Assembly: GCA_964587465.1 (NCBI GenBank)
Contig: CAZPLH010000002.1
Coordinates: forward strand, 639-34,198
Source of the DNA: an uncultured Candidatus Saccharibacteria bacterium
GTDB lineage: Bacteria; Patescibacteriota; Saccharimonadia; Saccharimonadales; CAIOMD01
Reading direction: 5' to 3'
Length of the DNA: 33,560 nucleotides
A program made the position numbers and the translations under genes. Shown in pieces: positions 1 to 6,946 of the stretch (within the stretch, counting starts at the first letter, position 1; each line of letters begins with the position of its first letter). The notes under the pieces were generated by a model. The model saw only the letters and a program-made list of their open reading frames with translations, searched no databases and was not told the DNA's origin.

Positions 1-593
1 CTGCCGCTCTTGCCCCACTCCGGCCCCCATGAATTCAAGAATGTAAAGAAACCCCGCTCAAGATCCTGGCCGAGCAAACAGATCTCGTGGCCGCCAGCAA
101 TCTGTCCCTTTGGCCAGACAAAGCCACGGGCATCTGTTTCTTCCATGGCATAATACCAGTCAACACCTACAATAAGCGGACTCAGCGTGAGCGCTCCACA
201 AACATCATCAAGCCCCATGGGGTGCGTATAGCCAGTCAAATACTTGAGTGAAACCCCGGCCTTACAAACACCGATGCCGGAACTGCCGGTATCATCAGGA
301 GGGTAAGTGCCATCAATATCATCAAGTTCGGTTGCCTTGGAATACAGATCAATTGCATCAAGCTCATCCAAATAACCGCCGCCAGGGCGGGAAGCAGTGA
401 AGAACTCTGTATTCAAGCACTGTGTAAGTGCATTGCCGGTACAAGAGCCAAGTTGACCTTGATCAAGCACCGGTGCCTTGTGATCCCAAAGCACAGTCTT
501 TGGCTTAGTCGCCTGGCGAGCCGGAAAGTTCCACGACCTTGGGTCGTGCTGAACATTTCGACCAAGCCCATATGCGAAATTGCGAATTGGCAT
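1..593 (-). CDS. Papain-like (C1 family) cysteine peptidase, partial (runs off window start)
   Basis: Absent from the ORF track because there is no stop in the window. Hand translation from ATG 593..591, which abuts the portal stop (TAAATG): MPIRNFAYGLGRNVQHDPRSWNFPARQATKPKTVLWDHKAPVLDQGQLGSCTGNALTQC...WPKGQIAGGHEICLLGQDLERGFFTFLNSWGPEWGKSG. It stays open to position 1. It has the Gln/Cys nucleophile motif (DQGQLGSC), the His motif (GGHEICLLG) and the Asn-Trp motif (NSWGPEWG) in papain order. Confidence 0.7.
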   Translation of the reverse strand, partial: MPIRNFAYGLGRNVQHDPRSWNFPARQATKPKTVLWDHKAPVLDQGQLGSCTGNALTQCLNTEFFTASRPGGGYLDELDAIDLYSKATELDDIDGTYPPDDTGSSGIGVCKAGVSLKYLTGYTHPMGLDDVCGALTLSPLIVGVDWYYAMEETDARGFVWPKGQIAGGHEICLLGQDLERGFFTFLNSWGPEWGKSG

Positions 594-2207
594 TTATCCT
601 CCGGTGTATGCGTATTGTCCATTGTTACTAAATGGCTCACCACCGGCCATTTCAGTGTCTGCTTGATCACTAAACTGATCGCCGAACTGCTGATTACCGC
701 CAGCCTCATCAGCAATCTGTTTATGATCATCTACCGCTTCATCAAAGTCGGTGCCGATGTTAAGATCATAGCCCATGATCTCATTTAAGCGATCATACAG
801 CCACGAAACTGGCAAAGTACCTGATGCTTGTCCCCAGATCTCAAGCACCTTCTCAAGTTCCTCTTTTTGGTTGACCGGCATCGGGTCGCCAAATTGGGTC
901 GTCGCAATTACACCATTGGGCTCAATACCCTCATATGCCGGCAAGAAACAATTGACCAAGTCATAAAGGAACTCGTCAGTCTCATCAACCAGCAGAAGTT
1001 CCTTCTCAGCATTCTTGGCCAACATAGGCCCAAGCTTCAGCTGAAGAGCAATGCCAGATTCAGCAGTCGTGGTGTCAACCATGCCTATGGTAATGTCAGG
1101 TACGCCAAGAGCCTGTTGCATATACTCATCAAGACGCTGAATATGCTCAAGATAAGGCGCAACAGAACTTACACCACTCACTCGTCCGAAATTGCCACCA
1201 GCCGCAATTTGAACAACTGCCCCTGGCCCTAGTTCCCATTCAGTTTCATTGCCGCTAGCATCAACTGGCGGACTAGCATCTGTCCAATAGACGCCAAGGC
1301 CCTGAGTGATCAAAGTCAAGTCTTCATCCGACATGGCTTGATTCATAGCACTCATCAAGGATTCAACGCCGGCCAGTTCCGACATACCGAAAGTGCTACC
1401 GGGCGGCGGCAAATTGCGCCAATGATAAACTGGCAGATCAATAATGTTATCTGGCAGTTTGAACTCTTTTTGAACAATTTCGACTAGCAACAGAGATGGA
1501 TCTTTTACCCTGTCATCCCAGCGACCAATTTCCCACAAAGACAACTCTGAGGTGATCCCGCCAGTGGGGACGTTGTTGTCATCGACCATTTTGCGATAGG
1601 TCTGGCGACGGACAACAAACTCGCCCGTGTATCGCTCTGTCGCAACCGAGTTACGCGGATTGCGGATGATATCAACAATATGACAACCCATAACAAGACC
1701 GGTGATTGGGTTCTCAATTGGGAAGTAGTGTTCAGGCTTCAGCTCTTGGATCTTGATGCGTTTGCCCGGTCGCTCCCACGGCATCCCCTGAACATGAAAG
1801 CACGCATCCCCCTTGATGAGCATGTAACGCTTCATCTGGTTGAATTTGGATACAACCTTTTCAGTCTTGAACAAAGTCGCCATTGCGGCTTCAATAGTCT
1901 GGCGGGATGTTTCGTCGCCGGCATCTGGGTCTACCAGATAAGTGAAGTCTACAGCTAAAAATCTGTTGATTGCCTCAATACACTTCTTGGCGCTGGGCAC
2001 ATAGATCTCAACGCTATCATCATCTTCACCACGCAAGGTGACGCGAATATGCTCAGGCCGATTATGGTAGAAGTCTTCCATTAGCTCATATGTCTTGAGC
2101 CGCAATTTGTCATCTTCATTGGACAGATTGCCTACAGTTTTACCATAACTGGCATTATCATTGATGAAGTCGACAGAGCTGTCATATTGACGAGAATCAA
2201 TTGGCAT
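594..2207 (-). CDS. Portal protein (SPP1 gp6-type)
   Basis: 537-aa ORF directly downstream of the large terminase. It has a portal-core-like segment TTTAESGIALQLKLGPMLAKNAEKE and an acidic C-terminus. GGAGG lies about 10 nt upstream of ATG 2207. Confidence 0.8.
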   Translation of the reverse strand: MPIDSRQYDSSVDFINDNASYGKTVGNLSNEDDKLRLKTYELMEDFYHNRPEHIRVTLRGEDDDSVEIYVPSAKKCIEAINRFLAVDFTYLVDPDAGDETSRQTIEAAMATLFKTEKVVSKFNQMKRYMLIKGDACFHVQGMPWERPGKRIKIQELKPEHYFPIENPITGLVMGCHIVDIIRNPRNSVATERYTGEFVVRRQTYRKMVDDNNVPTGGITSELSLWEIGRWDDRVKDPSLLLVEIVQKEFKLPDNIIDLPVYHWRNLPPPGSTFGMSELAGVESLMSAMNQAMSDEDLTLITQGLGVYWTDASPPVDASGNETEWELGPGAVVQIAAGGNFGRVSGVSSVAPYLEHIQRLDEYMQQALGVPDITIGMVDTTTAESGIALQLKLGPMLAKNAEKELLLVDETDEFLYDLVNCFLPAYEGIEPNGVIATTQFGDPMPVNQKEELEKVLEIWGQASGTLPVSWLYDRLNEIMGYDLNIGTDFDEAVDDHKQIADEAGGNQQFGDQFSDQADTEMAGGEPFSNNGQYAYTGG

Positions 2208-2255
2208 TTAGATTTGTCCTCCAGACACCAATCTGCATACAGTTAGTATAGGCCA

Positions 2256-3866
2256 TCAGATACCGTCGCGCTTTTGCCAATCTTTCCAATTCGGGTAGCC
2301 ATTTGGCAAAGGACGCATTGCATGGATTGGCTTAGGTTGTGGCGCGGCAGAACCAGGCTTGGCGCCTTTATTGCGACCCATATTGGCTCTTTTGACTCTG
2401 GTTCCGCCAACCCCAAGCATACTCTGCGGTCCGAAGAATCCAACCATGAATCTGCCAAGAGCCTCAGGACCGTGGTCATCCTTCTTCATGGGCAGTTCCA
2501 TACGAGCAACGCTTGTCTCCATATCCTCTTTGCGCTCGGGGTAACGGTAGGCAAGCATATCCGCTCTTGTCTTGACACACTTTCGGTCAAACATCAATTG
2601 CGGGCGCCAAACTTCAGCGTTGTTGTCTGTAAGAGCACCATAGTCACGACGACCCTTACGCAACGCCTGGCGGATCAAATTGATACGCACATTCAATTCG
2701 CCGCCAGTACCGCCCATAGACTGGATCTTCAGTTTGTCTTGAAGTGTTCTTGAGGACATCGGGTCTGCAGGATCGGGATAGAATTGCCGTAGCCCTGGAG
2801 GGTTAAGTCCCCGCCTCTTGATTTCCTCAGCAAATTGATCGGCTGTGAGTCCTGGCTCATAGATTTCATCCAGCACATTAATCTCTCCCCAAGGCCCAAC
2901 TTGAATGAGAAGCCAAACGTTGGGATTGGTGAAGCCATAGTCAACCGCAGCGAAAGTCTGCCAATCTGGATTCCACTGCAAATCTCCGACATGATACTCC
3001 TCATCATAGTCCTTGAAGACCTGACCAACGAACACCGTAAAGTCAGCGGCAATTTCTTGCTTGAACAATTCAATCGGTAGCTCGTCGGCAAGCTGGATGA
3101 TCTCAGAGTCGATTGTGAGATTGTTCTGGAAAGCAACTTGAGACGCTGTCAAACTTGGGCGCTGTTCAAGAATATCTAGCATGTAATGTACGTGCTCATC
3201 CAAAGTCTCTGTCCGGTAGACATGTGGATTACACCACGCTGGAACCCGCCAGCTTTCCCATTCCTTATTGTATGGGTCCTGACCAAGGTCAAACTTTTCC
3301 TTGAAGTGATTATCACCTTCAGGAGTGGAAGTATGTAGGCTCCAGCCCTTGTAGTCGTTGAGCATTGGCCGGATATACTTGTGCCAGATTGAAGGCTTGG
3401 TCTTTGCCGCCTCCACCATCAGGACGCCGCATAACGCCTCACCAACGAGGTGATCGGGGTACTTAGCGGATTGAGCGTGAATCTGAAAAGCGCCATCCCA
3501 TAGCTTGATATGCATTGAGCCGCCCTCTGGCGAGTAATAACTGCCGGGCTTGTCCATGGGGATCTTCAGATGCTCAAGCAAGTGCCAAATAACACGGAAC
3601 TCTTTTTCAGCAGTACTGTATTCGTCGCCGACAATCCAGAACTCACGACGCTTGCCCTTTTTGCGCCACTCATCGGCAATGTTACGTGAGAAGATTGCTT
3701 CTGGCAGAAGGATGTGTCCACCAAGTTCAGACTTGCCAGTTCGCCGGCCAGCGCACCACACCTTATGACGTGCTGATGACCCAAGCACCGCTATCTGCGC
3801 AGGATGTGGGTCCCAACCAACTTGTGGTGATTCATAGATGAGCCAAGGGTCAAGTAGGCCAGTCAT
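2256..3866 (-). CDS. terL: Terminase large subunit
   Basis: 536 aa. N-terminal ATPase with Walker A-like VWCAGRRTGKSELGG. C-terminal RNaseH-like nuclease region beginning FAAVDYGFTNPNVWLLIQ. Followed by the portal gene. Confidence 0.9.
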   Translation of the reverse strand: MTGLLDPWLIYESPQVGWDPHPAQIAVLGSSARHKVWCAGRRTGKSELGGHILLPEAIFSRNIADEWRKKGKRREFWIVGDEYSTAEKEFRVIWHLLEHLKIPMDKPGSYYSPEGGSMHIKLWDGAFQIHAQSAKYPDHLVGEALCGVLMVEAAKTKPSIWHKYIRPMLNDYKGWSLHTSTPEGDNHFKEKFDLGQDPYNKEWESWRVPAWCNPHVYRTETLDEHVHYMLDILEQRPSLTASQVAFQNNLTIDSEIIQLADELPIELFKQEIAADFTVFVGQVFKDYDEEYHVGDLQWNPDWQTFAAVDYGFTNPNVWLLIQVGPWGEINVLDEIYEPGLTADQFAEEIKRRGLNPPGLRQFYPDPADPMSSRTLQDKLKIQSMGGTGGELNVRINLIRQALRKGRRDYGALTDNNAEVWRPQLMFDRKCVKTRADMLAYRYPERKEDMETSVARMELPMKKDDHGPEALGRFMVGFFGPQSMLGVGGTRVKRANMGRNKGAKPGSAAPQPKPIHAMRPLPNGYPNWKDWQKRDGI

Positions 3867-3867
3867 T

Positions 3868-4074
3868 TTACGCGCCTAATTGCTCGGCAAGCTCCTGCTT
3901 TGCCTTCTGCAGATAATCGGTATTTGTTGGATCCATACCATATGCTTGCAAAGCCGTGATCAGTTTCGGACTAAAGCCAAGATCTGTAGGTACACCCCAA
4001 CCTTTGCGAGCAGACTCAACCGCAAAGTCAAAGTTTGCTTTCAGATCCATTGGCTCGCCAGCAATTAAAGACAT
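3868..4074 (-). CDS. Hypothetical small protein upstream of TerL
   Basis: The track ORF 3868..4098 starts at TTG. In-frame ATG at 4074 (MSLIAGEPMDLK...) lies 7 nt after the stop of the 698-aa gene. Its stop is 1 nt before the terL ATG. The position would suit a small terminase or accessory protein, but there is no motif support. Confidence 0.4.
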   Translation of the reverse strand: MSLIAGEPMDLKANFDFAVESARKGWGVPTDLGFSPKLITALQAYGMDPTNTDYLQKAKQELAEQLGA

Positions 4075-4081
4075 ATTTCTA

Positions 4082-6178
4082 TTATACCCCTCTGTCAATT
4101 ACACGAGTGCGACCAGCCGTCTTGTGTCGCTTTGGCGGGTGATGCTTGTGTAATTGGTCAACCATGTATTTGTGGACCGCTTGTGCTAGTCTACTTGATT
4201 TGATCCCGTTGATCTCAACGTCACAAAATGACTCTGCTAGAAACTCCACATAGTTGATCTCAGACTTACTGAATTTGTTTTCTTGCGACCAACTATAACC
4301 AGACAACTGCTTCGACGATTGTAGCCAAGGTATCCACTCTGGATATTCAGATACATCCGCAGGGATGTCATGCGTCACCCACAGATATGGCTCAACGACC
4401 TTAAGACGCTTCAAATGCGGATGATCTTCAAAGAAGGTATCTGTAATGATCTTGCGCAAATCCTTAGCGACACGTTCTTCACCTTGGTCCAACTCATCAT
4501 ATGTCAAAGGATCAAACTTTGGGTTCTTGTTGCCTTGCCAATCTACAGCATGCCCCATCTCATGAATCATTACACTTCGATATGGTGAAGCGCTGAAATT
4601 GGCAGGGTGCCATTGCCCATCATCCGCTCTATGTCGACGCAAAGTCATATTGACTTTGATCAGGTGATCTATGTTGATATTCAACATAGGCAAGCAACTC
4701 TGCGAGAATGAAGCGGACACCCTATCATTCGGCGGTTGATACAAATTGATCCCGCCGGGGATTCGCAGTGTTGGGTACTTCTCAAGAATGCTATCTACAC
4801 CTTCAAGACTTGACCTCAACGCTTGGACCGTTTTGTCCATCGGGTCAGCATAGCCTCCGTGCCTGATGCGTGCCTTCCTAAGTTGCTCTGGCCAGTCGCC
4901 ATTCAAATTGATAGCCGGGTTATGGTCATACCAGATGGCCATCAACTCATCTAGGTCTTTGGCATCCTTCAATGGACGACTGCGATCTGGCTTAACCTTT
5001 TCAAGCAGCTTCTCAATTTCGGACATGCGCTCCATTTTGGGCTTAACTATGCCACGGTAATACTCTCTGTTGTGCTCCTTGACTTTGGGATCTTCTGAAT
5101 CAAAGTCAAGTGAATTCATCAATTCACCAATGCTCTTTGACAACTCATCAAGCTCTTTGTGCAGCTCTCCACTTGTAGGTTTGCCGCCTCTGGCGGGTTT
5201 GGCCACTTTAGCAGGTTCAGCCGCCTTGGTAATCTTTATGCCGCCAGGCGTTTCATCAATTACCTTCTTGGCAGACGGTACAGCCTTTTTGGCGGGCACA
5301 GTTTTCTTGGCCGGCGTGGGTGTAGCCTTCTTGACTACTTTCTGTGCACCCTTGCGCTTATCATCTGGCCAATATAACTGCTCTATGCGGCCATTCTCAT
5401 CATACTCGTGGCGCAAGGCAGCATTGACAATTCCATTGCGGGTAGCTACATTCGCGCCGGGGTGTGCGCGCTTGTATTCACGCTCCAATTTGCCTGCTTC
5501 GGCAAACATCTGCTTCATATCAGTAATCTTGCCAGCCTTTTTCAAGGCCCACAATTTCTTACCGTCCGACTTAGCGTTAACGCCTTTAATGCTACCCCAC
5601 TCAGGCGGCACCTCCCTGATGGCAGATGCTACCCCGGCGAACGGTCGCCCGAGTATGATGTCAACTTCAGGGGCCGATTTACGCTTGCGCACACTTATTT
5701 GCGTGACCAGCAATTTAGTGTCTTTGTTGAGTGTAACCTCATATTCGCTGGGCCAGCCCTCTTGAAATTCTGCTTTGCCTTTGCCTAGCCACTCAGCAGT
5801 AATTGTAAAGTGATACATGTCATTGCCAGGCTCTTGGAATCTGCGCGTTACTTCTCTGCGCTTAGTCCAATGTCGTCCCATATTGCCACGACCATAAGAG
5901 TCCCAAGCATTGGGATCTGACAAATGCAAGAACTTTGCTAAGTCCCTGCCCAATTGTTTATCTTTGCCATCATCATAGCCCAATTTGACAAGGCGGTCAA
6001 TTCTGAATGCCAGCGCTTCATCCATGCGCTCATCCAAAATGCTTAGACCGCGATACAACTCAGTTGTCTTTGGCTTTACCCTGGTTACGCGCCGTACCGG
6101 CTTGACCCCTTTGGGCCTACGGCTAGCAGTATGCGCAAACCTACCCCGCCAGTCTCGGGTGTAAGTGCGGGTGGCCAT
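4082..6178 (-). CDS. Large multidomain protein: ADP-ribosyltransferase-like N-domain, Lys/Pro/Ala-rich linker, HExxH zincin metallopeptidase C-domain (polyvalent-protein-like)
   Basis: 698 aa. N-terminus has TELYRGLSI (Arg), GRHWTKRREVTRRF (S/T position) and PSEYEVTLNKDTKLLV (ExE) in R-S-E ART order. The centre is KKATPTPAKKTVPAKKAVPSAKK..AEPAKVAKPARGGKP. The C-terminus has SVMIHEMGHAVDW with a downstream VEFLAESF. Confidence 0.55.
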   Translation of the reverse strand: MATRTYTRDWRGRFAHTASRRPKGVKPVRRVTRVKPKTTELYRGLSILDERMDEALAFRIDRLVKLGYDDGKDKQLGRDLAKFLHLSDPNAWDSYGRGNMGRHWTKRREVTRRFQEPGNDMYHFTITAEWLGKGKAEFQEGWPSEYEVTLNKDTKLLVTQISVRKRKSAPEVDIILGRPFAGVASAIREVPPEWGSIKGVNAKSDGKKLWALKKAGKITDMKQMFAEAGKLEREYKRAHPGANVATRNGIVNAALRHEYDENGRIEQLYWPDDKRKGAQKVVKKATPTPAKKTVPAKKAVPSAKKVIDETPGGIKITKAAEPAKVAKPARGGKPTSGELHKELDELSKSIGELMNSLDFDSEDPKVKEHNREYYRGIVKPKMERMSEIEKLLEKVKPDRSRPLKDAKDLDELMAIWYDHNPAINLNGDWPEQLRKARIRHGGYADPMDKTVQALRSSLEGVDSILEKYPTLRIPGGINLYQPPNDRVSASFSQSCLPMLNINIDHLIKVNMTLRRHRADDGQWHPANFSASPYRSVMIHEMGHAVDWQGNKNPKFDPLTYDELDQGEERVAKDLRKIITDTFFEDHPHLKRLKVVEPYLWVTHDIPADVSEYPEWIPWLQSSKQLSGYSWSQENKFSKSEINYVEFLAESFCDVEINGIKSSRLAQAVHKYMVDQLHKHHPPKRHKTAGRTRVIDRGV

Positions 6179-6184
6179 TTTGGC

Positions 6185-6946
6185 TTAGCCAATGCGGGCA
6201 ATGATCGCGCCGCCAGAGCCGCCAGCAGCGCCATTTCCTCCAGCACCTCCTGGGGCACCGCCTCCGCCACCATCACCGCCAGCACCGGAATTGGCAGCAG
6301 CATTCGTGGCGCTACCACCAGAAGTTGTTCCAGTATGCCCAGCAGTAGACGCATTAGACCCAGCAACACCGCCCAAAGTAGCATTTGCGGGCGCACCACC
6401 ACCACCGCCGCGACCAGACATCCCGATGCCAGCGCCTCCATTGATGCCGACTGAGCTGCTGGCGGTACCACCACAGCCTGGTTGATTGGAACTGCTTGTA
6501 GTAGCTCCAGCTGCTCGCAAACCATACACGCCGGCCACAACCTGTGAAGTTGAATTTGCGGCGCCATTGCTGCCGAAACTACCGCCGCTCGCAGTTAGCA
6601 AAGAGCCCACCGTGGTGTCACCGCCGTGCGCCGAGCCAGCACCAGCATTGCCGGTTGCGCCAGATGATGCTGCTCCACCAGTTCCGCCAGCTCCGCCAGC
6701 GCCTATAGTAACTGTATGTGTATCTCCAGCAGTCAACGTAACAATAGTTTCAGCAAACTGGCCAGCGCCAGCGCCACCGCCACCAACTTGGGTGGCTACA
6801 CCACCAGTCAAAGCTGCTGCTCCACCGCCACCACCTCCGCCACCGCCACCCCATGCACTAATGCGATAAGTGCCAGTGGCCGGTACAGTATAAACGCCGC
6901 TAGCCGTAAACAGTTGCGCCGAGAATAGTGGATACTTGTGCGACAT
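6185..6946 (-). CDS. Glycine-rich-domain protein (tail-fibre / host-recognition associated)
   Basis: ATG at 6946 shares one nucleotide with the tailspike stop (TAATG); the track start at 6961 is TTG. MSHKYPLFSAQLFTASGVYTVPATGTYRISAWGGGGGGGGGG... is followed by repeated GGxG/GAGG blocks. This pattern is seen in glycine-rich domains of phage fibre proteins. Confidence 0.6.
   Translation of the reverse strand: MSHKYPLFSAQLFTASGVYTVPATGTYRISAWGGGGGGGGGGAAALTGGVATQVGGGGAGAGQFAETIVTLTAGDTHTVTIGAGGAGGTGGAASSGATGNAGAGSAHGGDTTVGSLLTASGGSFGSNGAANSTSQVVAGVYGLRAAGATTSSSNQPGCGGTASSSVGINGGAGIGMSGRGGGGGAPANATLGGVAGSNASTAGHTGTTSGGSATNAAANSGAGGDGGGGGAPGGAGGNGAAGGSGGAIIARIG

Noticed and set aside
413-788. Track ORFs 413..730 (-) and 453..788 (+)
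   Set aside because: Both overlap the portal C-terminus and the papain-like gene in wrong frames. The real gene here is the edge-open frame starting at 593.
5070-5765. 231-aa plus-strand ORF inside the 698-aa gene
   Set aside because: It is antisense to the Lys/Pro/Ala-rich linker. The repetitive Leu/Ala/Gly/Ser sequence is explained by the opposite-strand codons.
6192-6869. Proline-rich plus-strand ORFs (PPPPPP tracts)
   Set aside because: They are the mirror image of Gly codons (GGN read as NCC) in the glycine-rich gene, not independent genes.
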